A stretch of 32,000 nucleotides of DNA, from contig CBDCNV010000001.1 of assembly GCA_965219535.1 (NCBI GenBank), positions 690,001-722,000 on the forward strand, in the 5' to 3' direction. Under the pieces are notes generated by a model, which saw nothing but the letters and a program-made list of their open reading frames with translations, was not told the origin of the DNA and did no database searches. Source of the DNA: Opitutales bacterium (GTDB taxonomy: Bacteria > Verrucomicrobiota > Verrucomicrobiia > Opitutales > PNEW01). Shown piece by piece: positions 1 through 7,731 of the stretch. Numbering within the stretch: position 1 is the first letter of the stretch; each line of letters opens with the position of its first letter. Position numbers and translations under genes: made by a program.

Positions 1-830
1 GTCTCATAATCCAAATGAGCATTCATAAATAAGGCCATGTCCTGTGCTGTCGTAATGAGTGAGGAAGCGGGATAGGGTTTCCAATGGCCGCGCGGTAATT
101 CGCGGTAATTCCGCATAAAATAGTTATAACCCAATGCCACTTCTGCATCCCAATCTTTAGGAGGGATGAAGCTCGTCTGTGACATGCCTAAAGGGCTGAA
201 TATATTATTGTGAGCATATTCAGCAAAGGGTTGACCGCTGACTTCTTCGATAACATAACCGGCCAGGGAGATTCCGTAATTAGAATAATTGATTACTTCT
301 CCCGGATTAGCGAGTGGCGGTGGCATCTCTTCGCGAAGAAATTGCCCGAGTGGAAGTAAATCCTTCGAATCTTTTACCGTCTGGCCAAAAAATCTTTCAC
401 CTACTCCACCCGTATGGGTAAGTAATTGATGGAGAGTTATGGGTGCATTGTATTCTTCGAGTATATCAGGTTCGATATAATCGGTAATATCAGTTTCCAT
501 ATCCAGTTGATTGCGGTCATAGAGTTGAATCACCGCGGTTGCGGTTATCAGTTTGGAAATTGATCCCACACGAATGCGTGTCTTCACTGGATCCATCAGC
601 CGTTTCTTATTTAAGTCGGCGTAACCATAACCCTTTAAGATATGAATTGAGCCGTCCTTAACCACCGCAACAACAGCGCCCGGGACGTGTTCTTTTTCCA
701 TCATCTCAACTAGCCACTCATCGAAAAAAGCTTCAACCTTACTTTTGTCATCAACATCACCTGCAACCAATTTGAGGGTAGCTATAAGCAGTTGAAGTAT
801 TAGAAGCGTATTTAAATAAATCTGTTTCAT
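1..830 (-). CDS. serine hydrolase, beta-lactamase / family VIII esterase-like (N-terminal ~276 codons; 3' end lies beyond the left edge)
   Basis: Hand translation of the minus strand from ATG 830-828 stays open to position 1. It reads MKQIYLNTLLILQLLIATLKLVAG (signal-like) ... GYGYADL ... RVGSISKLITATAV (S-x-x-K) ... INYSNYG (Y-x-N) ... SSLITTAQDMALFMNAHL. It is missing from the ORF track only because no stop lies inside the window. Confidence 0.8.
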   Translation of the reverse strand, partial: MKQIYLNTLLILQLLIATLKLVAGDVDDKSKVEAFFDEWLVEMMEKEHVPGAVVAVVKDGSIHILKGYGYADLNKKRLMDPVKTRIRVGSISKLITATAVIQLYDRNQLDMETDITDYIEPDILEEYNAPITLHQLLTHTGGVGERFFGQTVKDSKDLLPLGQFLREEMPPPLANPGEVINYSNYGISLAGYVIEEVSGQPFAEYAHNNIFSPLGMSQTSFIPPKDWDAEVALGYNYFMRNYRELPRGHWKPYPASSLITTAQDMALFMNAHLDYE

Positions 831-953
831 ATTGATGATATGCTTAGATTTATTGAAAACCTGAAAATACAAACAAATAAATTGGATTTTACTTATATAA
901 TTACAGTCTCTACGCCGAAAATATATCTTCAGTTGGAGCCTTAATTTCCCCAC

Positions 954-984
954 AAAAAAGCCTCCGATAATACGGAGGCTTTTT
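954..984 (-). terminator. rho-independent terminator downstream of ilvB (symmetric, could act in both directions)
   Basis: GCCTCCG (960-966) / CGGAGGC (973-979) form a 7-bp GC-rich stem with a 6-nt loop. It is flanked by an A6 run (954-959) and a T5 run (980-984). On the minus strand the hairpin is followed by TTTTTT, 19 nt after the ilvB stop. Confidence 0.7.
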
Positions 985-1002
985 AAAAATGAAACTATTG
1001 GA

Positions 1003-2793
1003 TCAATCTGGATTAAGAAGAATCTCTTTAGCTGATTTCCCCTGTTGAATCATCGGAAGTACATGTTCCGCGTAAGGCACGATAACATCAAGGAGATATG
1101 CACCCTTATATTCGAGCATTTCCCTTATCGCGTCACGAAGCTCTTCTTTTTTGATGACGAGGCGTGCTTTAACTCCGAATCCTTCTGCTATTTTTACAAA
1201 ATTGGGATAGAGGCCGCTTACATTTTCAGGGCTTCCAATATTAGTTGGATCACCGAGTATAGTTTGTGCGCGGACACTTTCATAAAGTAAATCCTCCCAT
1301 TGGACAACCATGCCAAGATGCTGATTGTTTATAAGTAAAACTTTCATTGGGATTTTCTCTACTACCGCGGTGGCGAGTTCCTGAATATTCATTAAAAAAG
1401 ATCCATCCCCATCAACATCGATAACCTCCCGGTCGGGACACGCGACCTTGGCCCCTATTGCAGCGGGTAAACCGAATCCCATTGTTCCGAGCCCAAGTGA
1501 ACTGAGAAAACTTCGCGATTGATGGAATTGATAGAATTGGGCAGCCCACATTTGATGTTGGCCGACCCCGGTCGTTAATATAGCTTCGCCCTTTGTCTCT
1601 TCATAGAGCACTTTAATCGCCTCCTGCGCCAGGATATGTTTGCTCTTTTCATATTTAAATGGGTGTTTCTTTTGCCACTTTGCGAGAGTCGAGTACCATT
1701 TGCTCAGGTCCGGTTTTTTAAATTTATTTTCACTGGCAAGTTCTGTCAGCCGCTTGAAAGCATATTTAATATCCGAATGGATCGGGTATTTCACCCGTTT
1801 GTTTTTGTTGTGCTCGCTGCGATCGACGTCGATATGTACGACCGTGGCATCCGGTGCAAATTTGCTGACCGGGGCACCGGTTATGCGGTCGTCAAATCGA
1901 GCGCCCGCCACAATGAGCAAGTCGCTTTCGCAGACTGCCCAGTTCCCTGCCACGGTGCCATGCATCCCGAACCAGCGCAATGACTGTGGGTGTGATTCAG
2001 GAAAGCTGCCCAATCCCATCAGGGTCGTAGCCACGGGTATGCCGGTAAGTTCGGCAAAAGCCAATAACTCTTTATCCGCATTTCCGGAAATAATGCCGCC
2101 ACCTGTGTATAAAACAGGTTGTTTTGCATTTTGCACAAGCGATAGGAGTTCCATTAACTCATTGTCACTTGCTTGAGGCAATTTATCATATCCGGGCAGA
2201 TTTATTTCCGCGGGAAAAATTGGTTTTATCTTTTTTTGCTGAACGTCCTTTGGAATATCAATTATCACTGGTCCAGGACGACCGGAAGTTGCAATGTGGA
2301 ACGCCTCTTTGACGACACGAGGAATGTCCTCAGCTTTGAGCACTAGATAACTGTGCTTCACAACAGGTAATGTCATCCCAAAAAAATCTGTTTCTTGAAA
2401 TGCTGATTTTCCAATATTCCACTGGTGCACCTGCCCGGTGATTGCGATTAGAGGAATACTGTCAACATAGGCATCCGTAATACAGGTAACCAAGTTAGTG
2501 GCACCCGGACCGCTTGTTGCCATACATATACCAGGTTTACCTGTTGCACGTGCGTACCCGTGCGCCATAAACCCACCCCCTTGCTCGAATCGCGGAAGAA
2601 TAGTGCGCATCTTTTTAGATTTATTCAATGACTGATGCAATTCCATTGAAGCCCCACCTGGATACGCAAATATTACTTCCGCACCTTCGCGCTCCAGCGC
2701 GACAATGAGAGTGTCCGCTCCAACCATTTCTGGACCGACTTCATCCTGTTTTGGAAATGAAACGATAGGTTTTGGCTTTATGTTCTTTGCCAT
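1003..2793 (-). CDS. ilvB: acetolactate synthase (acetohydroxyacid synthase), large catalytic subunit, anabolic type
   Basis: 596-aa ORF. N-terminal [32 protein letters not shown]; thiamine-diphosphate motif [16 protein letters not shown] ... [15 protein letters not shown]. The overall layout is typical of IlvB/IlvI. Confidence 0.95.
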   Translation of the reverse strand: MAKNIKPKPIVSFPKQDEVGPEMVGADTLIVALEREGAEVIFAYPGGASMELHQSLNKSKKMRTILPRFEQGGGFMAHGYARATGKPGICMATSGPGATNLVTCITDAYVDSIPLIAITGQVHQWNIGKSAFQETDFFGMTLPVVKHSYLVLKAEDIPRVVKEAFHIATSGRPGPVIIDIPKDVQQKKIKPIFPAEINLPGYDKLPQASDNELMELLSLVQNAKQPVLYTGGGIISGNADKELLAFAELTGIPVATTLMGLGSFPESHPQSLRWFGMHGTVAGNWAVCESDLLIVAGARFDDRITGAPVSKFAPDATVVHIDVDRSEHNKNKRVKYPIHSDIKYAFKRLTELASENKFKKPDLSKWYSTLAKWQKKHPFKYEKSKHILAQEAIKVLYEETKGEAILTTGVGQHQMWAAQFYQFHQSRSFLSSLGLGTMGFGLPAAIGAKVACPDREVIDVDGDGSFLMNIQELATAVVEKIPMKVLLINNQHLGMVVQWEDLLYESVRAQTILGDPTNIGSPENVSGLYPNFVKIAEGFGVKARLVIKKEELRDAIREMLEYKGAYLLDVIVPYAEHVLPMIQQGKSAKEILLNPD

Positions 2794-2985
2794 TTTAAAT
2801 TAATCCACTTAATCAGTTATGGATAGCCCAAGGTAAAACTGGAAAAAGGAGAAGATTAAGTCAATAGATTGCTTGAAATGCAAGCATCTTTCACTATTAA
2901 GTGCATCTCCTCTCCAAGAGAATTAATAAACTTTTAGTTTGTTCTTAGAAAATGGAAATGCAAACTGCGGTATGTAAATTTATCT

Positions 2986-3768
2986 ATGCCAAAATTATTA
3001 TTTATTGGAGATATCGTAGGTCGACCGGGTCGTGATATTATTAAAAGTCGTCTGCCACACTTGCGAAATAAATTGGCGCTCGATTTTATTATTGCGAATG
3101 GAGAAAATTCCGCGGGTGGAGCAGGTATAACCGCTTCAATAACAAAGGAACTATTGGATACAGGTATTGATGCTATTACATTAGGGGATCATGTATGGGA
3201 TCAACGCGGATTTGATGATGATATCGATGATCTAAAACAAGTTTGCCGACCAGCCAATCTACCGGATGCTTGCCCAGGGAGTAAATTTCTTATTATCGAG
3301 CGCAATAAATTTTGCTTGGGAATTTTTACTGTGCTCGGACAACATTTTATGACACCCAAACCGGGTAGTCCTTTTCGTACCGCTGATAAGATTCTAGAGG
3401 AATTAAAAGACAAGACTGATGCAATATTAGTTGAGATACATGCCGAGGCAACATCTGAGAAAATTGCCTTTGGCTGGTATCTTGACGGGCGAGCTTCAGC
3501 GGTTGTGGGAACACATACTCATATTCCAACCGCAGATGCTACCGTGCTCGCAAGAGGTACTGCTTATATTACGGATGTCGGTATGACCGGACCCTACAAG
3601 TCTGTCCTCGGCCGTGAAATACAACTGATTGTCGCCCGGTTTTTAGATGGTATGCCACGGAAATGTCCGGTCGCAGAAAATGATGCCAGGATCTGCGGAT
3701 GTATCGTAAATTTAAATGCAGATACAGGTATGGCCGATAGCATCGAGCGCGTGTCAATACCTGTCTGA
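2986..3768 (+). CDS. ymdB: YmdB-family metallophosphoesterase (TIGR00282-type 2',3'-cyclic-nucleotide phosphodiesterase)
   Basis: 260-aa ORF starting MPKLLFIGDIVGRPGR, with GENSAGGAGIT and VGTHTHIPTADA metal-ligand motifs characteristic of the YmdB family. Confidence 0.85.
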   Translation: MPKLLFIGDIVGRPGRDIIKSRLPHLRNKLALDFIIANGENSAGGAGITASITKELLDTGIDAITLGDHVWDQRGFDDDIDDLKQVCRPANLPDACPGSKFLIIERNKFCLGIFTVLGQHFMTPKPGSPFRTADKILEELKDKTDAILVEIHAEATSEKIAFGWYLDGRASAVVGTHTHIPTADATVLARGTAYITDVGMTGPYKSVLGREIQLIVARFLDGMPRKCPVAENDARICGCIVNLNADTGMADSIERVSIPV

Positions 3769-3795
3769 GTTTTTGCAAGAGAGATAAAATCTGGG

Positions 3796-5265
3796 ATGAA
3801 AATTCTTTTTGTTGCGCCCGAGGTCACACCGATAGTGAAAGTTGGAGGTCTCGCTGATGTCATCGGATCACTTCCCAAAGAACTGGAAAAAATGGGTCAT
3901 GATATTCGCGTGGTTTGCCCACTTTACGGAATCATTACTAAGGATGAATCGTGGATCTTACATGATCAAACACTCAATGTGATTCTCGATCATCGTAAAT
4001 TGGCAACCCGTGTATGGGAGACCGTCTTACCAGACTCAACGGTACGTTCCTATTTCCTGGAATATGGACCCTATTTTGATCGCAACTATGTTTACGATGA
4101 CCCTTCAGGTTTCTATCAGGATAATGATCGCCGTATTGTTTTTTTTAATCGGGCAAGTTTGGATTTATGTCACTTCCTCGACTGGGTACCAGATATTATT
4201 CACTGTCACGACTGGACGACAGGTTTGATCCCTGTCTATTTGAATACAACTCATGTGAAATCTCCGCTCAGCCACACGGCCACAGTTTTTACCATACACA
4301 ATTTGCAACATCAGGGTTACTTCTCCTCGAATCTGATAGAATTCGCCGGCCTACCAGCGAGTGTTTTCCGTGCTGATGGATTGGAATCTAACGGTTCCGT
4401 TAATTTACTGAAAGGTGGCATTTATCACGCTACGAAGATTACAACTGTCAGTCCCAACTATGCTCGCGAAATTCAATTTCACGAACATGGATGTGGACTT
4501 AACGAAGTAATTAAATTCAGAGCAGGAGATCTCATTGGTGTTCTTAATGGGATCGATACCTCAACATGGAATCCACGATCTGATCAATTTCTACCTGCTC
4601 AGTATTGGACACGCAATCTTAAGAAAAAGTTATTATCCAAAACTGCCCTGCAAAAAAAACTTGGGCTTGAGGAAAATGCCGACGCTATGATTTTGGGTGT
4701 TGTCTCTCGTTTGTATGAACAAAAAGGTTTAGATCTTCTTTCTGCCATTGTCCCTCAGCTGATGACACATATGAACCTGCAAATTGCGCTCATTGGCACG
4801 GGTGAAGCTTCTTTACAGGACAGTTTTCGCGATCACACCCAAAACTATCCGCAAAGAGTTTACGCTTTCATCGGGTACAGTGATGAGTTGGCTCACCTTC
4901 TTACGGCGGGAGCAGATTGCTTGATTGTCCCTAGTCGCTTTGAGCCATGTGGTCTTACACAAATGTATGCCATGATTTACGGCACACCACCCATCGTTCG
5001 CAGAACGGGGGGGCTAGTTGATACCGTTGATTCCTATCTTGAAAGAGGTATTGAGGGGACCGGCTTTTTCTTTGATGATCCCACTCCCGATGCGCTCTAT
5101 GACGCACTTACTCTGGCCTGTTCGACTTATTTCGATCGACCTAAGGAGTTTCGACGTTTGCAGCTCAATGGTTTAAAAAAAGACTTTTCCTGGGAAAAAT
5201 CCTCTGCTCTCTATAGCGATATTTATCGTTGGGCTGTTGAGACACGCCTTGTCGATTCCGCATGA
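3796..5265 (+). CDS. glgA: glycogen synthase (ADP-glucose type starch/glycogen synthase)
   Basis: 489-aa ORF with MKILFVAPEVTPIVKVGGLADVIGSLPKEL (K-x-GGL signature). C-terminal PSRFEPCGLTQMYAMIYGTPPIVRRTGGLVDTV is typical of GT5 GlgA. Confidence 0.95.
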   Translation: MKILFVAPEVTPIVKVGGLADVIGSLPKELEKMGHDIRVVCPLYGIITKDESWILHDQTLNVILDHRKLATRVWETVLPDSTVRSYFLEYGPYFDRNYVYDDPSGFYQDNDRRIVFFNRASLDLCHFLDWVPDIIHCHDWTTGLIPVYLNTTHVKSPLSHTATVFTIHNLQHQGYFSSNLIEFAGLPASVFRADGLESNGSVNLLKGGIYHATKITTVSPNYAREIQFHEHGCGLNEVIKFRAGDLIGVLNGIDTSTWNPRSDQFLPAQYWTRNLKKKLLSKTALQKKLGLEENADAMILGVVSRLYEQKGLDLLSAIVPQLMTHMNLQIALIGTGEASLQDSFRDHTQNYPQRVYAFIGYSDELAHLLTAGADCLIVPSRFEPCGLTQMYAMIYGTPPIVRRTGGLVDTVDSYLERGIEGTGFFFDDPTPDALYDALTLACSTYFDRPKEFRRLQLNGLKKDFSWEKSSALYSDIYRWAVETRLVDSA

Positions 5266-5487
5266 GGGGACATTCGTCCGGAATTGGGACGATAAATTGG
5301 CTTTTTATCCCTTTTTTTACATATATTTTCCGATTTAAGGGTAATTGTCCTTGAAAATATAGGAATTATAACCTATCTATATTTAGTTATAGAACCTATA
5401 TACAGATAGAATATGCATTATTAAAGCTCAGTTTAATGCCTTATTTTAGAATTCTGAGTTTTATTGCTGCTACTCCTGCACGCAATG

Positions 5488-5529
5488 ACGGGACGGGTTT
5501 CTCTTTCACGGGACCCGTCCCGTTTTGTT
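5488..5529 (+). terminator. strong rho-independent terminator in the glgA-wecB/tagA intergenic region
   Basis: ACGGGACGGGT (5488-5498) pairs perfectly with ACCCGTCCCGT (5513-5523). The stem is 11 bp with a 14-nt loop, followed by TTTTGTT. It lies 223 nt after the glgA stop. Confidence 0.7.
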
Positions 5530-5659
5530 ATAATCGACTAGGATAGCTCATTTATATTTCTCTGTTTCGGATAAAAAAAAGTTCTCGAAGCAAAGGATTG
5601 CAGAAGCATGTGAATGAAATGAATTATTTATCTTACTAACTTTAGTTATTAATTTAATA

Positions 5660-6438
5660 GTGAAAGAAAAACCATTCCGTACCATTTTAGGCATTTCCTT
5701 TTTCACCGGGACGATTGATGAATCATTGGAACTGGCGAAAGAGGGGGTCTGGTTGTCATGCCTTCTGGGCCCAACCTTGCGGATTTACCTTTTGAGCCTG
5801 AGTACCAGGAAGCGGTAATGAATAGCGATTTAGTTCTGCTCGATAGCGGCTTTTTAAAATTTGTATGGTGGTTGCGTATGCATGAGCGCTTGCCACGCAA
5901 CTCTGGATTAAAGTTCCTCGTCAAACTTGTTAGTGACTTGGAATTTTTAAAGGAACATGGATCGTTCTGGGTGATGCCGAGTGAAGAAGAATCCATGCTT
6001 AATAAAGTCTGGTTAAAAAATAGGGGAATTGCGCTCGAAGATGAGGATTGCTACGTTTCCCCAATCTACGCAAGAGGACAAATTGAAGATCAGACACTCA
6101 AAACCATTCTCTTAAAAAGAAGACCGCGTTTCATCGTGATAAATATTGCCGGTGGAGTGCAGGAAAAGTTGGGTTATTATTTACGAAGTGAACTCGATTA
6201 TAAACCAACGATCATCTGTACTGGGGCAGCGATCGCTTTTCTTACGGGCCAACAGGCGGTCATCCCTCCCTGGGCCGATAGATACTATCTCGGTTGGCTC
6301 TTAAGATGTATTAAAGCTCCCAGCCAATATATTCCCCGCTATTGGAAAGCGCGACATCTCTTCAAGCTTATATGGCGATATAAGGATGGAGTGACCCCCA
6401 AAAATCGTATCATTTACAGAGAGAGGTTATCGGGATAA
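5660..6438 (+). pseudogene. WecB/TagA/CpsF-family glycosyltransferase, frameshifted at a G5 run and 3'-terminally fused to IS3 copy 1
   Basis: Frame 2 from GTG 5660 encodes VKEKPFRTILGISFFTGTIDESLELAKEG, the family's typical ILG-x-x-F N-terminus. The rest of the protein (GLVVMPSGPNLADL ... INIAGGVQEKLGYYL ... TGAAIAFLTG) is in frame 1 from 5746. One extra G in GGGGG (5743-5747) would join the two frames. The last ~17 codons (from 6387) are IS sequence. Confidence 0.7.
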
Positions 6439-6451
6439 ACAGATAACCTCA

Positions 6452-6745
6452 ATGAAAAGAAAAAGATACACAACAGAACAGATTATAACAATATTGCGGC
6501 AAGCCGATACCGGTAAAACGGTACAGGAAATCTGCCGTGGAAACAACCTGAGCGAACAGACTTTCTATCGCTGGCGTAAAAAATATGGCAATTTAGAACT
6601 TGCCGATGCGAAGCGATTTAAAGAGCTGGAAAAAGAATTCACGAGCGCAAGCGAGAAGGCCTGACATACCGAGCTGAAGAAGCTGCTCGCAGATCAAATG
6701 CTCAAGAATCAGGTAATGGAGGAAACGCTGTCAAAAAAATGGTGA
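6452..6745 (+). pseudogene. IS3 orfA (HTH transposase subunit) broken by a 27-nt in-frame insertion carrying TGA
   Basis: Identical to the intact 88-aa orfA of copy 2, except that 6638-6665 (TTCACGAGCGCAAGCGAGAAGGCCTGAC) replaces a single A. This gives ...ELEKE-FTSASEKA-stop-H-TELKKLLADQ... The stop is at 6662-6664 and the frame then continues to the normal stop at 6743-6745. Confidence 0.85.
6733..6739 (+). promoter_or_regulatory. A7 slippery heptamer, candidate -1 programmed ribosomal frameshift site joining orfA and orfB
   Basis: TCAAAAAAATGG: orfA reads TCA AAA AAA TGG TGA, while the -1 frame reads AAA AAA ATG GTG. This overlap arrangement is standard for IS3-family OrfAB fusion. Confidence 0.7.
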
Positions 6746-7704
6746 GCCCAAAGCAGAAGAAACGAGTAGTAAAAGCTGCGGCTGAGAAAGGGTTGTGCTC
6801 GTTGCGGAGGGCTTGTGCTTATCTCAGCCTGAGTTGGTCAACGTTCAGTTACCGGCCCAAACAGGCCAGTGAGAAAGCTCAGCGGTTGGTCGAGCGGATT
6901 GTGAGCTTGTCCTGGAAACATCCCCGCTACGGTTACCGGCGCATCCGTGCCTTGCTGGTAAAGGAAGGCTGGACAACAAGCAGGAAGTTTGTCCAGGCGG
7001 TACGACGTTCAGAAGGGCTGCAGGTAAAGCCCCCGAAAAAGGGCAGACACCGTCAAGGAGTCTCTACGGGGTCACCTACTAAAGCAAAGGGTCGCAATCA
7101 CGTTTGGTCCTGGGACTTTGTCCATGATCGTACAGACAACGGCGGTCCATTAAAGATGATGACTCTAATCGATGTACCGAGGAGCTGAAAGCGACGACAC
7201 TCAAGCGAAGCGAAGACATATACGCGTAAATGCCTGGATATCCGGGTCGCTCGTCAACTCACCTCAACCGATGTCCTCTCTGTGCTTAGCGAGGCCATTG
7301 AAGAGGAGGGACCTCCCAGCTATATCCGTAGTGACAACGGCAGTGAGTTCATTGCTCATCAAGTGCAGCAGTGGTTGTCCGGTAATAACATAAAGGCGAT
7401 CTATATCGATCCGGGCAGTCCCTGGCAAAACGGTTTCATCGAGTCGTTTCACAACCGCTTACGCGATGAGTGTTTGAACCGTGAAGTGTTGCTCAGCGTG
7501 GCTGAAGCGCAAGTGGTAATCGAACAATGGCGTCAGACCTATAACCATGAACATCCCCACAGTCGTTTAGGCTTCAAAAGCCCACAAGAGTTTGTCAGAT
7601 TCCTTTCCGATCTTGGCCGCGTTCGGGCTACGCCCTCACTTCGCCAAGATCTCTCATATACATCAATCCTAAAACCATTAACACCCGGTAACTCTCTCAC
7701 TTAA
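6739..7704 (+). pseudogene. IS3 orfB (DDE transposase / integrase core) with an in-frame TGA at 7186-7188
   Basis: ORFs 6739-7188 and 7282-7704 are in the same frame (both start at coordinate 1 mod 3). Reading through the TGA gives ...HVWSWDFVHDRTDNGGPLKMMTLID-VPRS*KRRHSSEAKT-YTRKCLDIRVARQLTSTDVLSVLSEAIEEEGPPSYIRSDNGSEF...WQNGFIESFHNRLRDECL, the contiguous integrase-core architecture. Confidence 0.85.
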
Positions 7705-7731
7705 ATTGGTACGAAAAACGGGGTCCGATCA

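Larger units (their letters stand above)
6387..7731 (+). mobile_element. IS3-family insertion sequence, copy 1 (1345 bp), orfA and orfB both interrupted
   Basis: Boundaries were set by where identity to the inverted copy at 15215-16532 stops. Ends are TG...CA, with imperfect terminal inverted repeats TGGAGTGACCCCCAAAAATCGTA / TGATCGGACCCCGTTTTTCGTA. It has the orfA (HTH) plus orfB (DDE integrase core) layout with an A7 slippery site. Confidence 0.92.

Noticed and set aside
1045-2312. Four plus-strand ORFs (81-178 aa) lying inside the ilvB region.
   Set aside because: They are antisense shadow frames of a strongly supported 596-aa ilvB. The translations are low-complexity or odd in composition and show no recognisable motifs.
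5436-5546. A 36-codon ORF (MPYFRILSFIAATPARNDGTGFSFTGPVPFCYNRLG) spanning the orphan terminator.
   Set aside because: It has no SD, and the coding region would contain the terminator hairpin itself. The composition is unremarkable, so it is most likely fortuitous.
6635-6663. EcoRI (GAATTC, 6635-6640) and StuI (AGGCCT, 6658-6663) sites at the edges of the 27-nt insertion, suggesting an engineered linker.
   Set aside because: Two 6-bp sites can arise by chance. There is no other vector-like sequence, so this is insufficient to claim artificial origin.
7186-7188. The in-frame TGA in orfB as a selenocysteine codon.
   Set aside because: I could not find a SECIS-like stem-loop in the ~40 nt downstream. 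Transposases are not known selenoproteins, and the surrounding 15 codons look like inserted rather than conserved sequence.
7172-7452. 73-aa and 62-aa ORFs inside the IS (mirrored at 15494-15774) as possible extra IS genes.
   Set aside because: They are alternative-frame or antisense readings of the orfB region. The 73-aa ORF starts within the suspect insertion and has no transposase-like features. The in-frame read-through interpretation explains the region better.
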